The notes under the pieces were generated by a model. That model was given only the letters and a program-made list of their open reading frames with translations, ran no database searches and had not been told where the DNA came from. The translations under genes and the position numbers were made by a program. Positions 8,425 through 16,103 of a stretch of 32,000 nt of DNA are shown here, one piece after another (position 1 is the stretch's first letter; the number at the start of each line of letters is the position of its first letter). Origin of the DNA: a virus; IMG/VR virus record IMGVR_UViG_3300035670_013237, positions 30,001 through 62,000 of that record. One strand, 5' to 3'.

Positions 8425-9446
8425 ACAGCGATACCATCAAAGATGTTTGCCTAGATCCTAGGGGAAGAATTCCCCTCAATTTTAGAAAAGATAAAAAATC
8501 AGCAGCAACATTTTTGATGCTGGTGTCAACTCTGAATCTCGAAAAAGAGCAGATAAAAAATCCAGGTTATTGGACAATTTATAGGTGGTTGAATGATGAG
8601 CACAATCACAATGATTATGATGAAGTTATTTCAATTGAAAAACTTGGATTTGAAAAAACTTATGACCTAACTGTTCCTGACGGCAATTCATTTACTGCAA
8701 ATGGAATCACGGTTCACAATTGCAATCTTCCAAATAACATTAGCGTTGAGACTGTCAAAGAGGTCTATATGCGTGGTTGGGAGACGGGCTGCAAGGGCGT
8801 CACCATCTATCGAGACGGTAGTCGTACTGGTGTGTTGGTGTCAGACGAGCCGAAGAAGGAAGCAGAAGAGGTTGACGGACAGCCCGAGAAAATTCTTGAA
8901 AATCACGCCCCTAAGAGACCTAAGGAACTTTCTTGCGATATTCACAGGGTGAACGTGAAGGGTGAATCTTACCTTGTTCTTGTAGGCATGTTGGATGGCG
9001 CACCTTATGAGGTCTTCGCTGGTCTGTCTGAACACGTTGAGGTTCCAAAAAAGGCTAAGACCGGTGTTCTAATCAAGAATGGCAAGAAGGATGGCGTGGC
9101 GACGTACAACCTTCGAATTCCAGTCGGTGATGATGACTCTGTTCTTTTCAAGGACGTTGTAGAGCTGTTCTCCAACAAGGTTTATGGCGCCTTCACTCGT
9201 ACAATCTCCTTGGCTCTGCGGCATGGTGTACCTGTCCAGTACCTTGTTGAACAACTGCGTAAGGACAAGAGTAGCGACATCACCTCATTCTCAAGTGTGA
9301 TTGCTCGTGTGCTCAGCAAGGGATACATTCCTGATGGCACAAAGACCACCATCGAGAAGAAGTGTCTCGAGTGTGGCGGCACAAATCTTGCATATCAGGA
9401 TGGCTGTGTGACGTGCATGGATTGTGGATCCTCAAAGTGCGGATGA
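8421..9446 (+). CDS. nrdJ: C-terminal split-intein half (ending at 8720) fused to the nrdJ C-extein (8721-9446)
   Basis: Intein blocks F/G 'TYDLTVPDGNSFTANGITVHN' are followed by +1 Cys. The RNR sequence follows: 'CNLPNNISVETVKEVYMRGWETGCKGVTIYRDGSR', with a C-terminal Zn-ribbon 'CLECGG...CVTCMDCGSSKCG'. The ATG overlaps the endonuclease stop (ATGA). Confidence 0.8.
   Translation: MNSDTIKDVCLDPRGRIPLNFRKDKKSAATFLMLVSTLNLEKEQIKNPGYWTIYRWLNDEHNHNDYDEVISIEKLGFEKTYDLTVPDGNSFTANGITVHNCNLPNNISVETVKEVYMRGWETGCKGVTIYRDGSRTGVLVSDEPKKEAEEVDGQPEKILENHAPKRPKELSCDIHRVNVKGESYLVLVGMLDGAPYEVFAGLSEHVEVPKKAKTGVLIKNGKKDGVATYNLRIPVGDDDSVLFKDVVELFSNKVYGAFTRTISLALRHGVPVQYLVEQLRKDKSSDITSFSSVIARVLSKGYIPDGTKTTIEKKCLECGGTNLAYQDGCVTCMDCGSSKCG
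8613..8720 (+). other. Canonical Int-C core (36 aa: DYDEVISIEKLGFEKTYDLTVPDGNSFTANGITVHN)
   Basis: The length and the terminal HN followed by Cys are typical of Int-C halves. The upstream boundary is approximate. Confidence 0.6.
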
Positions 9447-10105
9447 AAATGAATACTAATCACATAGAATTAATTGGTTTTTATGGAGGAGACGAGGCTC
9501 ATGCCTTGTCTGCTTGGACTTCAACCTCTCGTGATTTGTCACAGGAGAAGCGCGCCAGAATGGGCAAGCTCCTGAAGGACCTCGCGTCGAATGGACATGA
9601 AACCCCATTCGAGAAGAGCTCTCTGCATTTCCTCGTGACGACTGAGATTGCGACGCACATTCAACTTTTGAAGCATCGAATTGGTGTTTCAGTCAACGCT
9701 GAATCTGCACGCTACAAAGAGCTGAAGGACGACAAGTATTATGTCCCTACTGACTGGGATGACGAAGAGCGTGACCGGTACATCCAGCACTTAGAAGACT
9801 CATTAAAAAAGTATCATGAAACGTTGGGCCGTCTTGTTAAGAAGGGTGTCAACAGGAAGCGCGCGAAAGAGTCTGCACGCTTCTACCTGCCCTACGGCAA
9901 CCAGATCACGGCGGACATTATGTTCAACTTTAGGAGCTTCGTCCACTTCTTGCGCCTTCGCTACTCTACACACGCTCAGCTCGAGATTCGTGAAGTGGCC
10001 CGACAGATGCTTGAAGCTGTGGTGGCTGCAGACACTTTCAAGGAAAGCCTGCTTGCATTTGGATTAGTGCAAGAGGATGGCACCATCCGGCCTCCTTTCT
10101 CTTGA
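9443..10105 (+). CDS. thyX: Flavin-dependent thymidylate synthase
   Basis: ThyX signature 'KHRIGVSVNAESARY' (RHRxxSxNxxSxRY type), plus 'HETPFE' and 'ARFYLP'. ATG 9443 overlaps the nrdJ TGA. An alternative ATG lies at 9449. Confidence 0.9.
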   Translation: MKMNTNHIELIGFYGGDEAHALSAWTSTSRDLSQEKRARMGKLLKDLASNGHETPFEKSSLHFLVTTEIATHIQLLKHRIGVSVNAESARYKELKDDKYYVPTDWDDEERDRYIQHLEDSLKKYHETLGRLVKKGVNRKRAKESARFYLPYGNQITADIMFNFRSFVHFLRLRYSTHAQLEIREVARQMLEAVVAADTFKESLLAFGLVQEDGTIRPPFS

Positions 10106-10149
10106 AAAATTGTCAATACATTGGCTCTCTTGAAGAGTAGAATGCCCAC

Positions 10150-10404
10150 ATGGTTTACAAACTGTCTGATAATGTCATTGCTCGAATTGCACAAATTCTT
10201 CAAGAAGGCCTCCTGCTCGGCATCGATGTCGTCGATCTTCTTCGACAAATCGAAGTTGAAGTGGCACCTGATGGCTCTGAGTTGAACCTCACGGATCCTT
10301 ACCTCAAGAGGGTGCTTGATCACCATAATAAGCTCCTTGAAGAACTTGAAGCCTTGAGGGCTCAATCTGAATCCGAGCGCACGAATATTGTTTTTGACAA
10401 TTGA
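10150..10404 (+). CDS. Hypothetical protein (84 aa)
   Basis: ORF in the co-directional gene array with protein-like composition. No motif recognised and no clear SD. Confidence 0.5.
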   Translation: MVYKLSDNVIARIAQILQEGLLLGIDVVDLLRQIEVEVAPDGSELNLTDPYLKRVLDHHNKLLEELEALRAQSESERTNIVFDN

Positions 10405-10413
10405 GGTCATATA

Positions 10414-10782
10414 ATGAGTGACAGACTACAAGAAATGTGGGACCAGCAGCTCAGCTTCATGAAGCTCCTCCAAGAAAAGAGGGGTTTTCCTGAATTTCCA
10501 GTTGACATCACTTCTAAGACAGGCCAGAAGTTCCTGAAGAGCATCACTCATGAGTGTATGGGAGAGCTCTTTGAGGCAAACCAAGAGCTCAAGAACAGCA
10601 AAGGCCACCGTGTGACTGAAGTGTCACACATTGACCGTGATGCGTATGTCGAGGAGCTTGTGGACTCGTTGCACTTCTTTTTTGAGATTGTCATTGCATC
10701 AGGTGTTAGCTTGGAAGAGTTGCACGGAGCATACCTCAAGAAGGGCCTGGTCAATTTTTCAAGAATTGAAAATGGTTATTGA
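10414..10782 (+). CDS. T4 gp56-like dCTPase/dUTPase (all-alpha MazG-like NTP pyrophosphohydrolase)
   Basis: The C-terminus 'EELVDSLHFFFEIVIASGVSLEELHGAYLKKGLVNFSRIENGY' parallels T4 gp56 'ELVDIFHFVLNMFVGLGMNAEEIFKLYYLKNKENFARQDRGY'. An 'HECMGELFEANQEL' acidic metal-binding helix is present. SD GAGGT lies upstream. Confidence 0.7.
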   Translation: MSDRLQEMWDQQLSFMKLLQEKRGFPEFPVDITSKTGQKFLKSITHECMGELFEANQELKNSKGHRVTEVSHIDRDAYVEELVDSLHFFFEIVIASGVSLEELHGAYLKKGLVNFSRIENGY

Positions 10783-10805
10783 CCCACCAATAAAAAGGAA
10801 TTGAC

Positions 10806-11816
10806 TTGAACACTCTAGACGTTCAGGGAATCATAGACAATAATCTAACGTTTGATGATGTCCTGCTCTTGCCCCGTCATGCTCAGCACATTCAAAGCCG
10901 CCAAGATCCCTGCACAGCGACTACACTTGGCACTGTACAGTTGAAGAGCCCAATTGTGTCAGCTAACATGTCCACTGTGACTGAGGTCGATATGATGGTT
11001 GCCATGGCAAACCATGGTGGACTTGGTATTCTTCACAGATTTTTGCCAATCGATGTGCAGCGCAAGCGTGTGAAGCAGGCACTTCAAAAGAGTGTCGTGG
11101 ATGTCGCTGTGTCGCTAGGTGTAGGCTCTGAAGCTCTCAGCGATGCGATGGCCCTTGCACATGAGGGTGCCACAATTTTCTGTGTCGATGTGGCACACGG
11201 CGACAGTACCAAAGTCACCCAGCTCCTGTCCATTCTCAAGAAAGAACTGCCGCATGCTACTCTTATAGGTGGTAACGTTGCGACTGAGGGTGGTGCACTT
11301 CGTCTTGCTGAGGCAGGCGCGGATGTTGTGAAGATCGGGATAGGTCCAGGGAGCGTTTGCACGACCCGTGCAGTCGCAGGGTGTGGTGTTCCACAATTGA
11401 CTGCTGTCGCTGCTTGCTCAAGAGCTTTGAAGCAGAGAGGCTTTGAGACATCAGTCATCGCTGATGGGGGGATCAAGACCTCAGGTGACATTGTAAAAGC
11501 AATCGCTGTAGGCGCTGACGCTGTCATGGTTGGCCGTCTCTTGGCTGGCACTGATGAGGCCCCTCAGGGCGGTCGGTACTTTGGAATGGCATCAACAGCG
11601 GCGGGCAGGATTAGACCTGGAATTGCACCAGAGGGTGTAATAACTGAAGTGCCGTGCCAGGGTCCTGTTGCTGACATCTTGGAGAATCTGCGCAATGGTA
11701 TTCAAACAGGTATGTCGTACCAGGACGCACTGACACTCCAAGACCTCCGTGAAGATCCTCTATTCGTGAAGATTACCTCTGCTGGACTCTATGAGAGTGG
11801 AACACGAGTGAATTAA
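10806..11816 (+). CDS. GMP reductase / IMP dehydrogenase family enzyme (no CBS insert; GuaC-like size)
   Basis: 'FDDVLLLPR', 'SANMSTVTE', '[11 protein letters not shown]', 'GVPQLTAV', '[16 protein letters not shown]' and '[13 protein letters not shown]'. The apparent start is TTG with AAGGAA upstream. Confidence 0.8.
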   Translation: MNTLDVQGIIDNNLTFDDVLLLPRHAQHIQSRQDPCTATTLGTVQLKSPIVSANMSTVTEVDMMVAMANHGGLGILHRFLPIDVQRKRVKQALQKSVVDVAVSLGVGSEALSDAMALAHEGATIFCVDVAHGDSTKVTQLLSILKKELPHATLIGGNVATEGGALRLAEAGADVVKIGIGPGSVCTTRAVAGCGVPQLTAVAACSRALKQRGFETSVIADGGIKTSGDIVKAIAVGADAVMVGRLLAGTDEAPQGGRYFGMASTAAGRIRPGIAPEGVITEVPCQGPVADILENLRNGIQTGMSYQDALTLQDLREDPLFVKITSAGLYESGTRVN

Positions 11817-11891
11817 TTTTCACATTCGGCCTGTTCTTGAGCGTGAATGTTTCTATCATTCTTCCATGGGCACAGTGCCCGAACAGGAGAA

Positions 11892-12263
11892 ATGTTAGAC
11901 ATGAGCGCTTTACTCGACTTTATGCCACTAAAGATGATGAACAGGCTGCCCTTTGAGGATTATTTCTTTGACGTGAAGAGGGAATCTGCTTCACAATACA
12001 CTTGTGAAACTACGGAAGATGGACTTGAATTGCAGATCGACCTACCGGGTGTCGTGCCCTCTGATCTTAATGTGCAAGCTGAGGGTAATTTGGTGAAGAT
12101 CACGGCACAACGTAAGGGCGCCGAGATCAAGCAACGCTATAAGATTGCGCGGCCTTATGATGCTTCATCCGCAGCTGCCACCCTGGAGAACGGTGTCCTG
12201 TCGTTGAAATTTGCGAAGCTCGCGACCGAGGCCGCGAAATCGATTCCCATACAATGTAGATGA
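11892..12263 (+). CDS. Small heat-shock protein, Hsp20/alpha-crystallin family
   Basis: Alpha-crystallin domain 'LELQIDLPGVVPSDLNVQAEGNLVKITAQRK...ATLENGVLSLKFAK'. The start is set at ATG 11892, preceded by AGGAGA. An in-frame ATG also exists at 11847. Confidence 0.8.
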   Translation: MLDMSALLDFMPLKMMNRLPFEDYFFDVKRESASQYTCETTEDGLELQIDLPGVVPSDLNVQAEGNLVKITAQRKGAEIKQRYKIARPYDASSAAATLENGVLSLKFAKLATEAAKSIPIQCR

Positions 12264-12280
12264 TATGTTTTGATTATGCA

Positions 12281-12307
12281 GGGGCTCTTCATGAGCCCCA
12301 TTTTATT
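12281..12307 (+). terminator. Rho-independent terminator after hsp20
   Basis: GGGGCTC (12281-12287), loop TTCAT, GAGCCCC (12293-12299), followed by ATTTTATT. Confidence 0.7.
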
Positions 12308-12333
12308 AATTCTGAAATAATATAAAATTGAGC

Positions 12334-13158
12334 ATGCCTAAACTTCTGTGGTGCACTGATATTCATTTGGATTTTCTCGGTGATGAAGACGTGGTCAGGT
12401 TCGCTGAGAGCCTCGCTGCACAGAATCCCGATGGGATTCTCATCACAGGCGATATTTCCTTGTCACACAGCCTCGTCTACCACCTCTCCATTCTAGAGAG
12501 GGTCATTCGACGGCCCATTTATTTTGTGCTAGGTAATCACGACCACTATGGCTCTTCAGTGGCAGTGACACGCCAAAAAATGAAAGAACTCAATAACATG
12601 TCGCAACAACTGAAGTGTCTCTCAGCCACCCAGTACATTTCAGTCTCACCAAAGACTGCGCTTGTTGGACACGATGGCTGGTATGACGCGGGACACGGTA
12701 CATTTGAGGGTGAACCTGTCATGATGAATGACTGGGTCAAGATCAAAGATTATGAAGGCTGTGTCGACATGACATCAGGTCGAGGGCCTGATCTCAAGAA
12801 GATCGTGCAGGTCGCTACACAGATCACTAGGGATGGTGTGAATCATGTCGCGGCGGCGATCAAGGCGGCCACCAGGTACCACAAGACGATCGCGGTGGCA
12901 ACTCATGTGCCACCTTTCGTCGAAGTCCACCAGTTTGAGAGGCCGGGCGGGCCGGACATTCGGCCGTGGTATACTTCAAGGATGATGGGTGACATGTTGC
13001 GACTTGCTGCGTCATCGTATCCAAATGTCAGGTTCGAGGTCTTCTCAGGACACACACATAACAAGTGTGACGTAAAGATTACGGACAACCTGTACTGTCA
13101 TGTGGGTCGCTCTGAGTATGGACTACCATCTATCTCGTCGATGATTGAGCTTCCTTAA
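12334..13158 (+). CDS. Calcineurin-like metallophosphoesterase
   Basis: Motifs 'CTDIHLD', 'ITGDIS', 'LGNHDHYG', 'ATHVPPF' and 'SGHTHN'. ATG 12334 is preferred over the TTG at 12328. Confidence 0.75.
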   Translation: MPKLLWCTDIHLDFLGDEDVVRFAESLAAQNPDGILITGDISLSHSLVYHLSILERVIRRPIYFVLGNHDHYGSSVAVTRQKMKELNNMSQQLKCLSATQYISVSPKTALVGHDGWYDAGHGTFEGEPVMMNDWVKIKDYEGCVDMTSGRGPDLKKIVQVATQITRDGVNHVAAAIKAATRYHKTIAVATHVPPFVEVHQFERPGGPDIRPWYTSRMMGDMLRLAASSYPNVRFEVFSGHTHNKCDVKITDNLYCHVGRSEYGLPSISSMIELP

Positions 13159-13207
13159 AAATGCACATTTAGGGCTTGGATTATAAATTGTCCTCCTAGG
13201 ACTATAC

Positions 13208-13738
13208 ATGAAAAGCTCTCTGCTGCTCAACGCTGATTACACGCCGCTGCACTTCGTCAGCAATGTTCGTGCTTTTGCTCTCGTTTTCAAGGGCCGTGCT
13301 GAGATCCTTGACATGGACGGAAAACCGAGCGTTTGGTCTGAGGATATCGTTAGAACGCCAACCGCATCTTATAATTTACCAGCCACGATCAGGCTCTTGA
13401 AGCGGGTCAATGTGAGGTGGCATCCTCCAAAATTTCGCAAGAGCGCAGTTTTTAGCCGCGACAATTGGCAGTGCCAATACTGCAGAGCTGACCTCTATCG
13501 ATCAAATATGACGATTGACCACGTGTTCCCCCGCTCTCGTGGGGGCGAGACGTCGTGGAAAAATTGCGTTGCCTCATGCAAAAATTGCAACAGGAGGAAG
13601 GCAAATAAAACTCCCTCTGAGGCTGAGATGCCGCTCTTAAAAGTGCCTGTGGAACCCACGCCAGTCCATTTTTGGTCGATGAATAAGTGTAGCGCAAGCT
13701 GGCATGAAGATTGGGCGATCTTTATTCCTCGCGGCTAA
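13208..13738 (+). CDS. HNH endonuclease (McrA-like, with N-terminal 'LLLNADYTPL' domain)
   Basis: 'WQCQYCRADLYRSNMTIDHVFPRSRGGETSWKNCVASCKNCNRRKANK' is a complete CxxC...DH...N...CxxCN HNH motif. Confidence 0.85.
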   Translation: MKSSLLLNADYTPLHFVSNVRAFALVFKGRAEILDMDGKPSVWSEDIVRTPTASYNLPATIRLLKRVNVRWHPPKFRKSAVFSRDNWQCQYCRADLYRSNMTIDHVFPRSRGGETSWKNCVASCKNCNRRKANKTPSEAEMPLLKVPVEPTPVHFWSMNKCSASWHEDWAIFIPRG

Positions 13739-13752
13739 TATAATTAAATACC

Positions 13753-13968
13753 GTGAAGACACAAAGAAGCAATGCAGCCATCCTAGAAATGATTCGCACG
13801 ATTATTCGTGAGGAGCTCGATAGAGCTTCAAAAAAGAATCTCTCCAAGCCCTATGAAGACAACCTGCTCGACGATCCTTCTTATGGGGAAAAGAGTGTGT
13901 ATGTTCCTGATGATATCAAGGCTGCCATCAAAAAATGGGCCAAGGGCATGAAACTCGATGGACAGTAA
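13753..13968 (+). CDS. Hypothetical small protein with 'IRTIIREEL' motif
   Basis: GTG start from the ORF track; an alternative ATG lies at 13789. It shares the IIREEL N-terminal motif with the 2311-2637 product. Confidence 0.45.
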   Translation: MKTQRSNAAILEMIRTIIREELDRASKKNLSKPYEDNLLDDPSYGEKSVYVPDDIKAAIKKWAKGMKLDGQ

Positions 13969-14016
13969 TGCATCAATGATAATTGTTAGCTATATTTATG
14001 AAGCAGGAGTCGATTC

Positions 14017-15153
14017 ATGCGCTTAAAGCTGAGAGAGCTACAAGAGGTTGTCAATAAAACGCTCATGGAGGAGAGAGATGTCGATGCTCTCCGTGAGGAA
14101 GTCTCCAACGTTCTCGGGCCATCAGTCGTCACCGACGTGAAGCTCGAGGCCCTGGCTGAGGGTGTCAATGATCGGATTGACGTCCTTGAGAGAACTGGAC
14201 GTGCGAATCGTATCGCATTCAAGCCTGCTCTCATGTTAAAATTTGCTGACAGCCAAAGTGCTGAAGTACGCAGAATGGCTGCCCGTACGCTGCCTGAGCA
14301 ATTTTTGTCACGCTTCAAGCTTGACAGAGATCCTGCTGTGCGCCACGCAGTGGCCCGCCGCACTTCACTGTCGATTGTCAAAGAGATGGCACGTCGTAGC
14401 CCGAATGACGATGAGCTGCAGCAGATTTATCGCGAGAGGTTGGTGGCTGAATCTGGTGTGCCGACTCCTAAAATTGCCGATGAGCCCTTCGACATGTACG
14501 GCAAAAAATTAGGTGCTGCCGTGAAGCAGCCTGCTGGACCTGAACTGAGCGACCAGTGGTACTCGATGATGGCGCACAAAGCAATCAGTGATTATCACCA
14601 CAACATTGAGGGTATGTGGGATGAAGCTTGGGCACACAGGATCTGTGCCTCGATGAAGGCGACTTCTGGCGTTGATGTCGATCAGAAGAAGCTATGGGAC
14701 GAGATTCAGAGGCAATTGACTGACAGAGACGACCGCACACTCGAGCGCTATTCGCTGAAAGAGGTCGCTCGACGCCTGTATGAAAGTGCTGGAGATGAGG
14801 CTGAGATCTGGCAGGAGTCCATTGACCCTGTTGAGGAACTCATGGGCTCCAGCCTGTCAACATCTGAGTTCTTGAGAGAGGCAGCTGTGATCTTCAACAT
14901 TCAGGAAGCAACAATTCCACGTTCGCTCCAGAAGTATAGATTCTCTGAGGGACACAGGCTTGCTATGAAGGTTCCGTGCAAGGCTAGGGTACCCGGTGGC
15001 CGCGGTGTGACTTCGCTCGTCGAGCGTGCACTTGATATGTACACAAAGCGCTGGAACGAAGCTCAAGCCCAGAGTGACGAACCGATTCGAATCAATTGGT
15101 CTCTCAATCCCTCAGCCGTGGGGGTAATCACATTCAAAATGGAGCTCAAGTGA
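14017..15153 (+). CDS. Hypothetical protein with HEAT-like repeats
   Basis: AGGAG lies 8 nt upstream of the ATG. 'DSQSAEVRRMAARTLPEQF' and 'DRDPAVRHAVARRTS' resemble HEAT/PBS-lyase-type repeats. No enzymatic motif is seen. Confidence 0.6.
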   Translation: MRLKLRELQEVVNKTLMEERDVDALREEVSNVLGPSVVTDVKLEALAEGVNDRIDVLERTGRANRIAFKPALMLKFADSQSAEVRRMAARTLPEQFLSRFKLDRDPAVRHAVARRTSLSIVKEMARRSPNDDELQQIYRERLVAESGVPTPKIADEPFDMYGKKLGAAVKQPAGPELSDQWYSMMAHKAISDYHHNIEGMWDEAWAHRICASMKATSGVDVDQKKLWDEIQRQLTDRDDRTLERYSLKEVARRLYESAGDEAEIWQESIDPVEELMGSSLSTSEFLREAAVIFNIQEATIPRSLQKYRFSEGHRLAMKVPCKARVPGGRGVTSLVERALDMYTKRWNEAQAQSDEPIRINWSLNPSAVGVITFKMELK

Positions 15154-15701
15154 TGAAGAAGCGCATCGCCGAGACGATGGAAGTCCAGCTTGTATCAAGC
15201 CCAGAACTACTCATTTCTGTGGATAACATGTGTACAGAATGGGGTGGACTGCCATACCCACAACTGTCAGTCCTGCTTGTGTATTTGAAGTTTTTGGCTG
15301 CTGTCCACCAGAATCACCATTGGACAGCGAAAGGTGATCCTTACTACGGAGACCACCTGCTATTCGAAAGAATTTACGGCGCTCTTCCAGAAGAAATTGA
15401 TTCAGTCGCTGAAAAAGCGATCGGCCTTGGAACATCTGCCAATGTCGACCTCACCCTACAGACGATGCAACTCAATCGCCTCGTTCAGGGTTATGGAATG
15501 ATGCAGACAATCCCCCAACCCACAGAGCTGGCTAAGAGGTCGCTGCTTGCAGAGCTGAACTTCTTAGCTGTCACTGCGCATTTGGTCCAGTGCATGAAAG
15601 AACAGGGAGTTCTGACACGTGGTCTTGATAACCTCATTGCTGGAATCGAGGACAAGCATGAAACCCATGTTTATCTGTTGAAGCAGCGCTGCAGGTCATA
15701 A
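15153..15701 (+). CDS. Dps-like / ferritin-superfamily protein
   Basis: 'HQNHHWTAKGDPYYGDHLLFERIYGALPEEIDSVAEKAIGLG' matches the Dps ferroxidase-site helix pattern (HW..G..F..LH..F...Y......D..AER...LG). The start overlaps the upstream stop (TGATG). Confidence 0.65.
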   Translation: MKKRIAETMEVQLVSSPELLISVDNMCTEWGGLPYPQLSVLLVYLKFLAAVHQNHHWTAKGDPYYGDHLLFERIYGALPEEIDSVAEKAIGLGTSANVDLTLQTMQLNRLVQGYGMMQTIPQPTELAKRSLLAELNFLAVTAHLVQCMKEQGVLTRGLDNLIAGIEDKHETHVYLLKQRCRS

Positions 15702-15707
15702 GACCAA

Positions 15708-16052
15708 TCAATCTTCACGGGGCCACTTGCCTGTGGCCTTGTGTTGCATCCACGCCGCAGCAGCCGCGGGATCCTCAGCCCACCCGGACACTTTTTTCAT
15801 TTTTTGCTTGAAAGTCTTGGTGCCCCTAAGAATTTTTTTAGCTGTTTTCTTCGTGGGACCCCTACGAGCCTCGGTCATTCCACACTCGCAGACACTCTCG
15901 CTGCACCCGCAACCTTCACACATTTTTTCTTCGTTGACACGTTCATCAGGCACACCATAGGTCGTGGGCCTGTCGCCGATGGGCTCTCCGAATACTTCGA
16001 GGAGACGCCGGAGCACTTTATAGGTCGCTTCATCAATGTTTGTTCTGCTCAT
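15708..16052 (-). CDS. Hypothetical protein with Cys cluster (the only minus-strand gene in the window)
   Basis: The minus-strand translation is protein-like: 'MSRTNIDEATYKVLRRLLEVFG...MCEGCGCSESVCECGM...DPAAAAAWMQHKATGKWPRED'. The overlapping + frame is junk-like. The start could instead be ATG 16115. Confidence 0.55.
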   Translation of the reverse strand: MSRTNIDEATYKVLRRLLEVFGEPIGDRPTTYGVPDERVNEEKMCEGCGCSESVCECGMTEARRGPTKKTAKKILRGTKTFKQKMKKVSGWAEDPAAAAAWMQHKATGKWPRED

Positions 16053-16103
16053 GGTTCTAAATATTCCTGTACAGTGAGCATACTCACATATTACATTTGC
16101 CCC

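Larger units (their letters stand above)
7018..8720 (+). mobile_element. Split intein plus free-standing homing-endonuclease-like gene inserted in nrdJ ('fractured gene' element)
   Basis: Removing 7018-8720 joins '...HSISNT' to 'CNLPNNISVE...', reconstituting the conserved RNR motif S-I-S-x-T-x-N-L-P. The element is visibly more AT-rich than both flanks. Confidence 0.8.

Noticed and set aside
10110-10143. Sigma70-like promoter elements. Examples: TTGTCA ... TAGAAT upstream of 10150, and TATA-like boxes at 2676, 12321, 13185 and 29553 resembling the T4 late TATAAATA.
   Set aside because: The spacing between the putative -35 and -10 is wrong (22 nt). The TATA-like boxes are short, degenerate and expected by chance in AT-rich intergenic DNA. 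No consistent shared motif could be established by eye.
15741-16103. N-terminal two-thirds of the 233-aa + strand ORF 15741-16442
   Set aside because: The translation (MLHPRRSSRGILSPPGHFFHFLLESLG...) is not protein-like, and it is antisense to a much more plausible minus-strand gene. Only the part from ATG 16104 is kept.
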